Source: an uncultured Clostridia bacterium (lineage in GTDB: Bacteria > Bacillota > Clostridia > Oscillospirales > Acutalibacteraceae). Taken from it: DNA of 64,000 nt. Under the pieces are notes generated by a model, which searched no databases, was not told where the DNA came from, and saw only the letters and a program-made list of their open reading frames with translations. This document shows positions 47,245 to 57,618 of this stretch, piece after piece. The position numbers and the translations under genes were made by a program. Location: positions 2,018 through 66,017 of the forward strand of contig CANQDR010000009.1 in the NCBI GenBank assembly GCA_947593615.1, read 5' to 3'. Every line of letters starts with the position of its first letter. Positions within the stretch are counted from its first letter, which is position 1.

Positions 47245-48117
47245 ATGAAAATTACAAAGGCTGTGATTCCCGCGGCAGGACTTGGTACACGCGTTTTGCC
47301 TGCTACGAAAAATATGCCAAAGGAAATGTTTCCTGTTGTTGACAAGCCAACCATACAATATATAGTTGAGGAAGCTGTTGAGGCAGGCATTACGGATATT
47401 TTAATTATCACAAACAGAGGAAAAAGTCTTATTGCCGACCATTTTGACGCTTCTCCCGAACTTGAGGCAATGCTTGAAAAAAGCGGCAAAACGGATTTTC
47501 TTAATACCGTAAGAGAAATTTCAAACCTTGCAAATATTACTTTTATAAGACAAAAGGAAATGAAGGGATTGGGACACGCAGTCCTCAAAGCAAAGTCTTT
47601 TGTCGGGAACGAACCCTTTGCCGTACTTTACGGCGACGGGGTAATAATAAGCAAAACGCCCGCCATTAAGCAGCTGATTGATTGTTACGGCGAATACGGC
47701 GAGGGTGTTGTCGGTGTTAAAAAGGTTTTGGAAAAAGATATTCATAAATACGGCTCACTAAAGGTAGAAAATCTGCATGACAATGTGTTCAAATGTACTG
47801 ATATGAAAGAAAAACCGCAGACAAAAGACGAGGTGCTCTCTCTGTATTCAATCCTTGACAGATGCGTACTTCCGCCGGAGATTTTTGATATTCTCGAACA
47901 CACCAAGCCCGGTATAGGCGGTGAAATTCAGCTTACAGACGCAATGCGTGAAATTGCTGTTACAAAAGGTATGACCGCTGTTGAGTTTGAAGGCACACGT
48001 TACGACATGGGAAATAAATTCGGTATTTTACAGGCTCAGATTGAAGTAGGCCTTACCCATCCGGAAACAAGCGAACTGCTTAAAGATTATATTAAAAACC
48101 TTGCAAAAACTCTATAA
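47245..48117 (+). CDS. galU: UTP-glucose-1-phosphate uridylyltransferase
   Basis: 290 aa. Motifs seen: KAVIPAAGLGTRVLPATKNMPKEM, and GLGHAV. Confidence 0.93.
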   Translation: MKITKAVIPAAGLGTRVLPATKNMPKEMFPVVDKPTIQYIVEEAVEAGITDILIITNRGKSLIADHFDASPELEAMLEKSGKTDFLNTVREISNLANITFIRQKEMKGLGHAVLKAKSFVGNEPFAVLYGDGVIISKTPAIKQLIDCYGEYGEGVVGVKKVLEKDIHKYGSLKVENLHDNVFKCTDMKEKPQTKDEVLSLYSILDRCVLPPEIFDILEHTKPGIGGEIQLTDAMREIAVTKGMTAVEFEGTRYDMGNKFGILQAQIEVGLTHPETSELLKDYIKNLAKTL

Positions 48118-48138
48118 ACATATTTTAATGTATAAAAA

Positions 48139-48166
48139 ACTTGCAAAATTTTACTTGCAAAATTTT
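48139..48166 (+). repeat. Perfect tandem duplication of a 14-mer (ACTTGCAAAATTTT x2)
   Basis: Read directly from the sequence. A related CTTGCAAAA also occurs at the 3' end of galU. Confidence 0.9.
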
Positions 48167-48207
48167 TTAAACGGTGTATAATGTATTGCATAATATGTAA
48201 CTAAAGC

Positions 48208-48238
48208 AAAGAGGCTTTCCAAAAAAGGAATGCCTCTT
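48208..48238. terminator. Bidirectional intrinsic terminator between galU and the PHP phosphatase gene
   Basis: AAGAGGCTTTCC-AAAAAA-GGAATGCCTCTT forms a stem with one mismatch. Confidence 0.75.
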
Positions 48239-48262
48239 TATGTATATGATAATTAATGCTTA

Positions 48263-49084
48263 TTAAACAATATCAATCATTATCGGAACGTGCTTCTCAT
48301 AAATAGTATATTGTGAGAAACCGCATTTCTGAGCAACTTTTATTCCCTCTTTTATTCCTTTGCCGACATATTCGGTATTGTGGGCGTCAGTGCCGATTGT
48401 GATGTATTTTCCTCCAAGCTCCTTGAAACGTTTAATAAGAGCTTCGTCAGGCAGAGTTGTTCCAAGCTCTTTATATAGGCCGGAAACATTAATCTCAAGC
48501 GCCTTATTATTCTTTATAAGAATATTAAAAATTTCATCAATTTGATTATAATACGGTAAAAGGTCTGGGACTGCTCCTGTTTTTGCTTTGATATATCTTA
48601 GCGGATACGTCAGATGAGCAAGACAGTCAAAATGCTGAAAAGAGGCAGTTTCTGCAAGTTCATCAAAATATAATTTCAAAATTTCATTAATATCTGTGTT
48701 TGAAAAGTCAATATAATAAAAATCTTCCATATTCCTGAGATTGTGGACTGAGGCAAGCGTAAAGTCATAATCACCGTAAGAAAGAGCACGTTTTGTACAT
48801 TCAGGGTCATGCATGGGCTCGCCAAGTTCAATTCCGCATAACACTTTGAGCTTGGCGGCATATTTTCTTTTTGCCTCCAACGTATCGGCAATTGATTTAG
48901 GGATAAGTTCATCAAAGTAACCGTACTCACAATTTTTTCCTTCTTTTATCATCGGAGCTTCACAATGGTCGGTTACTGCTATTGCATACAAACCGCATTT
49001 TACCGCGCTTTGACACATTTCGTCAACCGTATTTTTTGCATCAAAAGAATTATTTGAATGAGTGTGCAAATCACATAGTTTCAT
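48263..49084 (-). CDS. PHP-domain phosphoesterase (HisJ-type histidinol phosphatase family)
   Basis: I place the start at the ATG at 49084, which lies 10 nt after GGGAGG. Motifs seen: CDLHTHS, AVTDH, and GTDAH. Confidence 0.8.
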   Translation of the reverse strand: MKLCDLHTHSNNSFDAKNTVDEMCQSAVKCGLYAIAVTDHCEAPMIKEGKNCEYGYFDELIPKSIADTLEAKRKYAAKLKVLCGIELGEPMHDPECTKRALSYGDYDFTLASVHNLRNMEDFYYIDFSNTDINEILKLYFDELAETASFQHFDCLAHLTYPLRYIKAKTGAVPDLLPYYNQIDEIFNILIKNNKALEINVSGLYKELGTTLPDEALIKRFKELGGKYITIGTDAHNTEYVGKGIKEGIKVAQKCGFSQYTIYEKHVPIMIDIV

Positions 49085-49241
49085 CAATACGATACCTCCC
49101 AAAAAAATAATAGCATATCAAACAAATTTATGCAAGATTAGGCTTTACTTTATCGAAAAATAATTATATAATATATAAAATATAAAAATAGTTATTTATG
49201 CAAGTTTTAATTTGCAATCCTGCATAAATCGGAGGTTACTT

Positions 49242-49511
49242 ATGAAAGCTATCATTACGGTTATAGGCAAAGACACAGTAGGAATTCTTGCAAAGGTTTC
49301 CGACGCCTGCTCAAAGGCTGATGTAAACATCGTTGAGGTTACTCAGAGCGTATTGCAGGATATGTTTGCAATGGTTATGCTTGTTGAGATTAGTAAATCA
49401 AACATCGGCTTTGAACAACTCAGAGAAAATCTTAATCAGGTCGGCGACGCCACAGGCACAAAAATTCACATTATGCACGAGGACATCTTTAACAGTATGC
49501 ATAAAATATAA
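49242..49511 (+). CDS. ACT-domain protein (UPF0237-like)
   Basis: 89 aa counted from the ATG at 49242, after GGAGG. It begins MKAIITVIGKDTVGILAKVS and is paired with the UPF0210 gene downstream. Confidence 0.8.
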   Translation: MKAIITVIGKDTVGILAKVSDACSKADVNIVEVTQSVLQDMFAMVMLVEISKSNIGFEQLRENLNQVGDATGTKIHIMHEDIFNSMHKI

Positions 49512-49589
49512 CGTTGCCGCTGCGATATTGCAGTATGTTATACAGATATTCTCATATTGCTATTGCCTGTGAATTGAAAGGATAAAAAT

Positions 49590-50951
49590 ATGTTAGAAAC
49601 AAAAGATATACTTGAAACTATAAATATGATAGACAACGAAAACCTTGATGTAAGAACAATTACTATGGGTATTTCGCTTCTTGACTGTATTAACGAGGAT
49701 ATTGACAAGGCCTGCATAAAGGTATACGATAAAATCTGCCGTTCTGCTAAAGACCTTGTTAAAACCGGTGAGGATATTCAAAAGGAATACGGTATTCCGA
49801 TTATTAACAAAAGAATTTCGGTTACACCAATAGCTATGATAGCCGCTCCGTGTCAGAGCAAAAAGATAGCTAAATTTGCTTACACTCTTGACAGAGCCGC
49901 AAAAGAACTTGGCGTAAACTTCATAGGAGGATATTCCGCTCTTGTGCAGAAAGGATTTGCAAGCGGCGACTATGCCCTTATTGAAAGTATTCCCGAAGCG
50001 CTTTCCGAAACGGAATTTGTATGCTCGTCGGTCAATATAGGCTCTACAAAAGCAGGTCTGAATATGGACGCAGTTAAAATGATGGGTAAAATCGTAAAGC
50101 AAACTGCTGAAATAACTGCCGACAGAAATTGTATAGGCGCCGCAAAGCTTGTTGTATTCTGCAACGCTCCCGAGGACAACCCGTTTATGGCAGGTGCTTT
50201 TCACGGAGTAGGCGAAGCAGACACCGTAATTAATGTAGGAGTTTCAGGCCCGGGTGTTGTAAGGGCCGCTCTTGCCAAAGGCGGAACAGGAAAAAATATT
50301 ACTGAAATTGCAGATATGGTAAAGAAAACTGCATTCAAAATTACAAGAATGGGTCAGCTTGTGGCACAGGAAGCAAGCCAAAGACTCTGTGTACCGTTCG
50401 GTATTGTTGACCTCTCGCTTGCTCCTACTCCTGCAGTCGGTGACAGTGTTGCACATATTCTCGAGGAAATGGGACTTGAAGTATGCGGCTGTCACGGAAC
50501 GACCGCAGCGCTTGCTCTGCTGAATGACGCAGTAAAAAAGGGCGGCGTTATGGCTTCATCGCATGTCGGTGGATTAAGCGGTGCTTTTATTCCAGTAACC
50601 GAGGACGCAGGTATGATAAGCGCCGCAGAGAACGGATACCTTGATATTACAAAGCTTGAATCAATGACTGCGGTCTGCTCGGTAGGTCTTGATATGATTG
50701 TTGTTCCCGGGGATATTACGCCTGAGGTCATTTCTGCAATAATTGCTGATGAGGCTGCTATTGGTATGGTAAACACAAAAACCACTGCCGTAAGACTTAT
50801 TCCCGCAATAGGAAAAAAAGCCGGTGATGAACTAAACTTCGGCGGACTTCTGGGCAGAGGTCCTGTTATGCCGGTAAGAAAGGGTTCTCCCGAAGTATTT
50901 ATTAACCGCGGAGGAAGAATCCCCGCTCCCCTACAGGCACTTAAAAACTAA
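49590..50951 (+). CDS. UPF0210/DUF711 family protein
   Basis: 453 aa. It has [15 protein letters not shown], plus the conserved pairing with the ACT protein. Confidence 0.8.
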   Translation: MLETKDILETINMIDNENLDVRTITMGISLLDCINEDIDKACIKVYDKICRSAKDLVKTGEDIQKEYGIPIINKRISVTPIAMIAAPCQSKKIAKFAYTLDRAAKELGVNFIGGYSALVQKGFASGDYALIESIPEALSETEFVCSSVNIGSTKAGLNMDAVKMMGKIVKQTAEITADRNCIGAAKLVVFCNAPEDNPFMAGAFHGVGEADTVINVGVSGPGVVRAALAKGGTGKNITEIADMVKKTAFKITRMGQLVAQEASQRLCVPFGIVDLSLAPTPAVGDSVAHILEEMGLEVCGCHGTTAALALLNDAVKKGGVMASSHVGGLSGAFIPVTEDAGMISAAENGYLDITKLESMTAVCSVGLDMIVVPGDITPEVISAIIADEAAIGMVNTKTTAVRLIPAIGKKAGDELNFGGLLGRGPVMPVRKGSPEVFINRGGRIPAPLQALKN

Positions 50952-50976
50952 ATAATGTTTTTTGGAGGTGTTTTTC

Positions 50977-51285
50977 TTGGAAAATATGATTAAAAAAATT
51001 GTTGACGCTGACAATGAAGCAAAGGCAATGGAAGAGGTCACACTCAAGGAAAAAGAAGAATTAAGCAAGAAGATTAAGGATGAAACCAAAAGCATATATG
51101 ACAAATATATGAGCAATGCCATTGAAACCGTTAAGCGCAACGATATTAACGAAGAAAAAAAAGCTGAAAAACAATGGCAGGAAATTCAGAACAAACAAAA
51201 ATCGGTAAATATTAAACTTCAGTCAGACTATGAGCATAACTGCGATAAATGGGTTGATATGATTGTTAAGCGTACTCTTGAATAA
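50977..51285 (+). CDS. Small coiled-coil V/A-type ATPase stalk subunit (G/H-like)
   Basis: It is the first ORF of the ATPase operon and is charged and helical. I prefer the TTG at 50977, which lies 8 nt after GGAGG. Confidence 0.5.
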   Translation: MENMIKKIVDADNEAKAMEEVTLKEKEELSKKIKDETKSIYDKYMSNAIETVKRNDINEEKKAEKQWQEIQNKQKSVNIKLQSDYEHNCDKWVDMIVKRTLE

Positions 51286-51321
51286 TTTTTAAAAACTTTT
51301 CTTTGGAGGTGTGTGCGGATT

Positions 51322-52356
51322 ATGTCTAATACTTCTTTTGCAGTCCTGACCAAAGCAAGATCAAAATTCGGCAAAAGGCTTACCGAAAAAGACTATACAA
51401 GCCTGCTTGCCTGTCAGAGTGTTGCAGAGGTTATGTCATATCTAAAATCATATACACACTATTCGGCTTCTCTTCGTGACATTAACGAACGTGATGTTCA
51501 CAGAGGACGGCTTGAAGCTTTGCTCAGACAAAATCTGTTCTATGAATTTGACACTCTTTGCAGATATGATTCAAGCATAAGCTCGGGGTTTTCACAATAT
51601 GTAGTTGAAACAATTGAAGTTGAGCAAATTATACGCTTTTTGATTTTGCTAAATTCAAATTCTACCGAAAAATTCATATATCAGTTTCCTGCATATTTTA
51701 CAAAGCATACTGACATTGACATAAACAGGCTTGCCAATGCTAAAAACTATGATGAATTTTTAAGCGTTTTATCAAATTCTAAGTATTATGATATTCTTAA
51801 AAATTTTTCACCTGACGAAATGGGCAGGATCCATATATCAAATCTTGAAAATAAGCTGTACGAGTTTGTTTTTTCAAATCTTCTAAAAACTATCAACAAA
51901 ACAACTAAAGGACAGGAAAGAAACGAACTCATATCATTTTTCTACACGATTAACGATTACAATATTTTTTCACGAATTTTAAGACTTAAAAAATACTACA
52001 ATCTTTCCCCTGACGCTATTAAAGAAAATCTGATTCTTAATTTCAGCGATATTAATCCCAAAGCGATAGATATGATGTGCAGGGCTGAATCATCAGCTGA
52101 GGTGTTCTCAATTATGCAGAGCACTCACAACGGCAGGCTGATTGATAAAATCGGCTACGTTTATGCAAGCGACATAAGCCCGAGAGTAAAATACAGACTT
52201 GCAAGAAAAAATATGCATTTTTCTAATAATCCGTCTGTAGTAATGATTTCTTATATGTTTGTTTCCGAAACTGAACTGATGAATGTCATCAGCCTGATTG
52301 AGGGAATAAGATATAAATTAGACACTAAAATAATACAGTCAATGCTCATTTACTGA
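51322..52356 (+). CDS. ntpC: V/A-type ATPase subunit C (eukaryotic d-like)
   Basis: 344 aa counted from the ATG at 51322, which lies 12 nt after GGAGG. Its size, helical composition and operon position fit subunit C. Confidence 0.75.
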   Translation: MSNTSFAVLTKARSKFGKRLTEKDYTSLLACQSVAEVMSYLKSYTHYSASLRDINERDVHRGRLEALLRQNLFYEFDTLCRYDSSISSGFSQYVVETIEVEQIIRFLILLNSNSTEKFIYQFPAYFTKHTDIDINRLANAKNYDEFLSVLSNSKYYDILKNFSPDEMGRIHISNLENKLYEFVFSNLLKTINKTTKGQERNELISFFYTINDYNIFSRILRLKKYYNLSPDAIKENLILNFSDINPKAIDMMCRAESSAEVFSIMQSTHNGRLIDKIGYVYASDISPRVKYRLARKNMHFSNNPSVVMISYMFVSETELMNVISLIEGIRYKLDTKIIQSMLIY

Positions 52357-52391
52357 TGTGCTTGACTCCTTAATAAAGAGGTGATTTTAAT

Positions 52392-54326
52392 TTGGCTGTA
52401 TCAACCATGCAAGCCGTAAACGTCATTGGTATGATTGATGATATTGACGACGTTATTTCGGTACTTGGTGAATCGGGTGCATTTCATCCCGATGATGTCC
52501 CTGCTTTTTACAGCGACACAAAGGATTTTGTTCACCTGCAGACTAAAAACATCTATGCTGAACCTCTGACAAATCTTAAAGCCTCGATTGGACTTACAAA
52601 ACGAAAATTTCCGTTCGTAGATGTAAGTGACTTTAATCCGACGTTTAAGGAAATGGAAATTTTTGCAAACAGGGTTTCAAGTGAAATTGATGTACTTGTA
52701 GATGACAGGGAGTTTATCGCAGAACAATTGCTTGAGGCAAAGGAGAATCTTAATGAAACAAGCCATTTTGTGGGACTTGGTGTTGAGATTGAAAAACTGC
52801 TTTCCCTTAAATATTTAAAAGCACGGTTCGGCAGACTTCCAAAAGAAAGCTATGATAAGCTTTCTGCTTACAAAGACAATCCCTATATTGATTTTACAGT
52901 ATGCACAGAAGATAAAACTCACTATTGGGGTATTTATTTCTCTCCGATTGATAAATGCGACGAAATCGACAGAATTTTTTCCGGTCTGTACTTTGAAAAG
53001 TGTGACATTCTCGGCGTAAACGATACTCCGCAAACTCATCTTGACAAACTTAACGAGCTTGTTCCTAAGCTTGAAAACAAGCTTAAAGAATCTCAGGCAA
53101 GAATTGATAGCTATCTTGATATGCACGCTGAACAAATTACAAAATATTTGTCAAAGCTTGAGGAGCTTTATCTTTACGGAAGAATCAGAACAAAAGCACT
53201 GCAATATAACAAAAGCTTTATTATTGTAGGCTGGGTTCCGACGGAATTTGCAAAGCCTCTTAAACGCAGGCTTAAAAAAATAAAAAGCGTAAACGTTGAT
53301 TTTACGGACGCAAAAAAGGAAATGAAAAAATCTCCTCCCGTAAAGCTCAAAAACTGCTTCCTTGCAAAGCCGTTTGAATTTTATACAGAAATGTACGGCG
53401 TTCCAAAATACAACGAAATTGACCCTTCACTGTTTATCGCTATAACATACATTATTATTTTCGGCATAATGTTTGCCGATGTCGGTCAGGGGATCTGCCT
53501 TTCGATCGTAGGAACTCTAATGTGGAAATTCAAAAAAATGAAAATAGGAAAAATCCTTTTTCCGTGCGGAATTTCCTCAGCTGTATTCGGTCTGGTGTTC
53601 GGAAGCGTATTCGGATTTGAACACTTGCTTGACCCCATGTACAAGGCTTTGTTCGGACTTGATGAAAAACCGATTGAGGTTATGTCGTCCGATTCAATTA
53701 TTATGATTCTGCTGTCAGCAGTTGCTATCGGAGTTCTGCTTGTTATTGTGGCTATGGGTCTGAATGTCTACAGCTCAATAAAACAGCAAAACATCGGAAA
53801 AGCGCTGTTTGGTTCAAGCGGAATTGCAGGCATAATCTTTTATTCCTCAATAGTTTTCGGAGTTGTCGGACAGCTTCTTTTAGGATGGAGTGTATTCTCT
53901 CTCCCCTATATCTTAGGACTTATAGTCCTACCGTATCTGCTTATTTTCTTTTCCGAACCGCTGTCAAATCTTATTAGCGGTGAAAAGTACTGGCAGCCGG
54001 AAAGCTGGGGCGGATACATTATGGAACATCTTATTGAATCCATTGAATTTTTGCTTGAATATGTTACAAATACGGTAAGCTTTTTAAGGGTCGGCGCATT
54101 TGTGCTTGTTCACGCAGGAATGATGATGGTAGTTTTCGTTCTTGCAGAAACTGCGGGCGCGATTGCTTACTGGCCCGTTGTTGTGCTTGGCAATGTTTTT
54201 GTTATGGTTTTGGAGGCTCTTCTTGTTGCCATTCAGGTGCTTCGTCTTGAATATTATGAAATGTTCAGCCGATTCTACTCCGGCGAAGGCAGACCTTACG
54301 AACCTGTTAAATTAAATATAGAATAA
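52392..54326 (+). CDS. ntpI: V/A-type ATPase subunit I (a-like membrane stator)
   Basis: 644 aa. It has a soluble N-terminal half and a C-terminal half with about 7 TM segments that contains LRVGAFVLVHAGM, including the conserved Arg. The start codon is TTG. Confidence 0.88.
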   Translation: MAVSTMQAVNVIGMIDDIDDVISVLGESGAFHPDDVPAFYSDTKDFVHLQTKNIYAEPLTNLKASIGLTKRKFPFVDVSDFNPTFKEMEIFANRVSSEIDVLVDDREFIAEQLLEAKENLNETSHFVGLGVEIEKLLSLKYLKARFGRLPKESYDKLSAYKDNPYIDFTVCTEDKTHYWGIYFSPIDKCDEIDRIFSGLYFEKCDILGVNDTPQTHLDKLNELVPKLENKLKESQARIDSYLDMHAEQITKYLSKLEELYLYGRIRTKALQYNKSFIIVGWVPTEFAKPLKRRLKKIKSVNVDFTDAKKEMKKSPPVKLKNCFLAKPFEFYTEMYGVPKYNEIDPSLFIAITYIIIFGIMFADVGQGICLSIVGTLMWKFKKMKIGKILFPCGISSAVFGLVFGSVFGFEHLLDPMYKALFGLDEKPIEVMSSDSIIMILLSAVAIGVLLVIVAMGLNVYSSIKQQNIGKALFGSSGIAGIIFYSSIVFGVVGQLLLGWSVFSLPYILGLIVLPYLLIFFSEPLSNLISGEKYWQPESWGGYIMEHLIESIEFLLEYVTNTVSFLRVGAFVLVHAGMMMVVFVLAETAGAIAYWPVVVLGNVFVMVLEALLVAIQVLRLEYYEMFSRFYSGEGRPYEPVKLNIE

Positions 54327-54343
54327 TTTTTGGAGGTATTTTT

Positions 54344-54772
54344 ATGTTCGTTTTTAATTTAGTTATGTTAGCTTTACCCGTTGTATTCCTTATGGCTTCT
54401 GCAATAATTGCAGTTAAGGCATTCGAAAGAGGCAAAAGCAGAAAGAAAACCGTTCTTATGCAGATTTGTTCATTTGCCGCAGTATTCGCAATTTGTATGG
54501 TATGTCCTATAATCGCAAATGCTGCTACTGGCGATGCAGCCGCAACTGCTTCAACAGCCGCTGACGGTATGGCATTTATCGGTGCGGCTCTGGCTACGGG
54601 CCTTTCATGTATAGGCGGCGGCATAGCCGTAGGAAACGCAGCTCCTGCTGCTATCGGTGCGACAAGTGAAGATCCTAAGGCTTTCGGTAAAGCTATTATC
54701 TTCGTTGTACTTGGAGAAGGTATCGCTATTTACGGTATGCTCGTTTCTATTCTTCTTATCTTTGCAAGATAA
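54344..54772 (+). CDS. ntpK: V/A-type ATPase proteolipid subunit K with an atypical N-terminal extension
   Basis: 142 aa. The C-terminal roughly 70 aa form a canonical hairpin (GLSCIGGGIAVGNAA...VLGEGIAIYG). The N-terminal roughly 70 aa form two hydrophobic helices without Gly motifs. GGAGG lies 8 nt upstream. Confidence 0.85.
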   Translation: MFVFNLVMLALPVVFLMASAIIAVKAFERGKSRKKTVLMQICSFAAVFAICMVCPIIANAATGDAAATASTAADGMAFIGAALATGLSCIGGGIAVGNAAPAAIGATSEDPKAFGKAIIFVVLGEGIAIYGMLVSILLIFAR

Positions 54773-54819
54773 AACAAGATAAAATCAGATTTCATAAAGT
54801 TCATAAAGGATTTGATATT

Positions 54820-55128
54820 ATGAAATTTTTCCTAATCAGTGATAATGTTGATACTAAAATGGGTATGCGTTTTGCAGGCATTGAGGGCGTAGTTGTTCAC
54901 GAAGAAAACGAAGTGCGCAAGGAGCTTACATACGCCATGAACAGGGACGACATTGCCGTGATTCTTATGACCGAGCATCTCGTTTCTCTCTGTCCGGATC
55001 TTGTGTATGATTTAAAGCTCAACCGTAAACAGCCGCTTATTGTTGAAATTCCTGACCGTCACGGAAACGGACGTACAAAAGACAGCATCACAAAGTATGT
55101 TCAGGATGCTATTGGCGTAAAGCTTTGA
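54820..55128 (+). CDS. ntpF: V/A-type ATPase subunit F
   Basis: 102 aa. Motifs seen: GMRFAGIEG, and IAVILMTE. Confidence 0.85.
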   Translation: MKFFLISDNVDTKMGMRFAGIEGVVVHEENEVRKELTYAMNRDDIAVILMTEHLVSLCPDLVYDLKLNRKQPLIVEIPDRHGNGRTKDSITKYVQDAIGVKL

Positions 55129-55166
55129 TTATCATCAATTTTTAAATTGCTAAAGAGGTTATTAAT

Positions 55167-55760
55167 ATGGAAAATACCGTAAAAACCGATAACTTTTTGA
55201 ATGCTATAAAAAAATACGCTGATGAACAGCGAAATGCTATGCGTATTGAGGTTGAGCAGTTAAAAGAAGAAAAGCTCAGAGAAGCAGAGCAAAAAGCTAA
55301 ATATGACAGCGAAAAGCTCATTAAAGATAGGCTTGAAGAAAAGAAAAATGAAGAAACAAGCAAGCTTGCCAAAATGACGCAGGACGGACAGAAAAAACTG
55401 TTTCTCAAAAGAGCTGAAATGACTGACAACATATTTAAAAAAGCCGAAGAAAAGCTTATTGAATACACAAAAACACCGGAGTATTCCGAAAAACTTGTAC
55501 AAAGCGCCAAAAATATTTCCGCTCTTTTCGGTGCTGAAAGCTGTGTCCTTTACATAAATGAAAGGGATATTGCTTTTGCCGATAAAATCAAGGCATTATT
55601 CAGCGGGGAAACTGAAGTTTTATCCGACTATTCTGTTAAAATCGGCGGAATCAAAGGCTTTTGCAAAGCAATGAGCATTGTTGCCGATGAAACACTCGAC
55701 AGTAAGCTGTCTGCTCAGAAAGACTGGTTTATTGAAAATTCAGGTCTGAGTGTGCTCTAA
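55167..55760 (+). CDS. ntpE: V/A-type ATPase subunit E
   Basis: 197 aa with an N-terminal long charged helix and a C-terminal globular domain. The operon position fits subunit E. Confidence 0.8.
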   Translation: MENTVKTDNFLNAIKKYADEQRNAMRIEVEQLKEEKLREAEQKAKYDSEKLIKDRLEEKKNEETSKLAKMTQDGQKKLFLKRAEMTDNIFKKAEEKLIEYTKTPEYSEKLVQSAKNISALFGAESCVLYINERDIAFADKIKALFSGETEVLSDYSVKIGGIKGFCKAMSIVADETLDSKLSAQKDWFIENSGLSVL

Positions 55761-55845
55761 TCAAAGAAATACCGCAATAAGTTAAACGGTGTTATCTCGG
55801 TTTGATTAACTTGTTAATTTCTACTGAAAAGAGATGGTAATATAA

Positions 55846-57603
55846 ATGGAAAACAACAACGTTATATACGGAATAAACGGCCCTGTTGTTACCGTAAAAA
55901 AGACAGACAGCTTTGAAATGATGGAAATGGTTCATGTAGGACATCAGAAGCTCGTCGGTGAAGTAATCGGAATTACCGATGAATTAACAACTATTCAGGT
56001 TTATGAAGAAACAACCGGACTTAAACCCGGCGACCCTGTTGAGGGTACGGGAGCTCCGATGAATGTGCTTCTCGGCCCCGGTATTATCGATAATATATTT
56101 GACGGCATTGAACGTCCGCTGAAAGCTATTGAAGAACAGTCAGGCGCATTTATCAGCAGAGGCGCGGCTGTTTCATCTCTTGATGAAACAAAGCTTTGGG
56201 ACGTAACTCTTAAAGTTAAAGTCGGCGACAGACTTGAAGGCGGTCAGGTTTATGCAACTCTTCCCGAAACGCCGATTATCGAACACAGACTTATGGTTCC
56301 CCCTGAATTATCAGGTGTAGTAACAAAAGTTATGCCCAACGGAGAATACAAACTGTTTGATACCGTTGCAGTTCTTAAAGACGACAATGGTGATGAGCAT
56401 AATTTAACACTCTGCCAGAAGTGGCCTATAAGGACCTCGCGTCCCGTTAGAGAGCGCCTTACATCATCAATACCGCTTATTACGGGTCAGCGTGTTATTG
56501 ACACTCTCTTCCCCGTTGCAAAGGGCGGCACGGCGGCTATTCCGGGGGGATTCGGAACAGGCAAAACAATGACCCAGCATCAGCTTGCAAAATGGTGCGA
56601 CGCTGATATTATTATTTACGTAGGCTGTGGTGAACGCGGCAACGAAATGAGCCAGGTTCTTGAGGAATTCTCGGAGCTTATAGACCCTAAATCTCAGCGT
56701 CCAATGACTGATCGTACCGTTTTGATTGCAAACACTTCAAATATGCCTGTTGCCGCACGTGAGGCTTCAATATATACAGGTATTACTCTCGGCGAATATT
56801 ACAGAGACATGGGTTACCACGTTGCAATGATGGCCGACTCGACCTCTCGCTGGGCAGAAGCTTTGCGCGAAATATCGGGACGTCTTGAGGAGATGCCCGC
56901 AGAAGAAGGCTTTCCTGCTTATCTTCCCTCTCGTCTTGCCGAGTTCTATGAAAGAGGCGGTCGTGCAGAAGTTTTAAGCGGTGGCGAAGGCTCGGTAACT
57001 CTTATAGGAGCTGTTTCGCCGCAGGGTTCGGACTTCTCTGAGCCTGTTACACAGAACACAAAACGTTTTACCCGCTGTTTCTGGGCGCTTGATAAATCAC
57101 TCGCATATGCAAGACACTATCCTGCAATTAACTGGATCCAGAGCTACAGCGAATATTTTAACGACCTTGACCCGTGGTTCAGGAAAAATCTCGGTGATGA
57201 CTTTGTTGAATACCGAAACAGAATAAGCGCGCTTTTACAGGAAGAAAGCTCGCTTATGGAAATTGTAAAGCTTATCGGCGCTGACGTTCTTCCAGACGAC
57301 CAGAAGCTTGTAATCGAAACAGCAAGAGTTATTCGCGTAGGATTTTTACAGCAGAATGCTTTCCACGCCGATGATACATTCGTTCCGCTTGAAAAGCAAA
57401 AGCTGATGATGAAAACAATACTTCATCTTCATTCAAAAGCTAAGGAAATCGTTGCAAAGGAAATTCCTATTTCTAAGGTTTTAAAGCTCGGTTTGTTTGA
57501 CAAACTTACTAAAATGAAGTATGACATACCAAACAGCAAGCCTGAAATGTTTGATGCCTACATTAAAGAAATCGACGAAAAGCTTGCTTCACTTTTAAAA
57601 TAA
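55846..57603 (+). CDS. ntpA: V/A-type ATPase catalytic subunit A
   Basis: 585 aa. It has Walker A GGFGTGKT, and [14 protein letters not shown]. Confidence 0.97.
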   Translation: MENNNVIYGINGPVVTVKKTDSFEMMEMVHVGHQKLVGEVIGITDELTTIQVYEETTGLKPGDPVEGTGAPMNVLLGPGIIDNIFDGIERPLKAIEEQSGAFISRGAAVSSLDETKLWDVTLKVKVGDRLEGGQVYATLPETPIIEHRLMVPPELSGVVTKVMPNGEYKLFDTVAVLKDDNGDEHNLTLCQKWPIRTSRPVRERLTSSIPLITGQRVIDTLFPVAKGGTAAIPGGFGTGKTMTQHQLAKWCDADIIIYVGCGERGNEMSQVLEEFSELIDPKSQRPMTDRTVLIANTSNMPVAAREASIYTGITLGEYYRDMGYHVAMMADSTSRWAEALREISGRLEEMPAEEGFPAYLPSRLAEFYERGGRAEVLSGGEGSVTLIGAVSPQGSDFSEPVTQNTKRFTRCFWALDKSLAYARHYPAINWIQSYSEYFNDLDPWFRKNLGDDFVEYRNRISALLQEESSLMEIVKLIGADVLPDDQKLVIETARVIRVGFLQQNAFHADDTFVPLEKQKLMMKTILHLHSKAKEIVAKEIPISKVLKLGLFDKLTKMKYDIPNSKPEMFDAYIKEIDEKLASLLK

Positions 57604-57618
57604 GGAGGAAACGCAGTA

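Noticed and set aside
49593-50204. 203-aa minus-strand ORF, along with similar antisense ORFs at 47214-47588, 54307-54624, 55142-55510 and 17104-17478
   Set aside because: Each lies fully inside a strongly supported gene on the opposite strand (UPF0210, galU, ntpK, ntpE and the topoisomerase A subunit). Their translations are low-complexity Ser/Phe/Leu-rich and they lack SD sequences.
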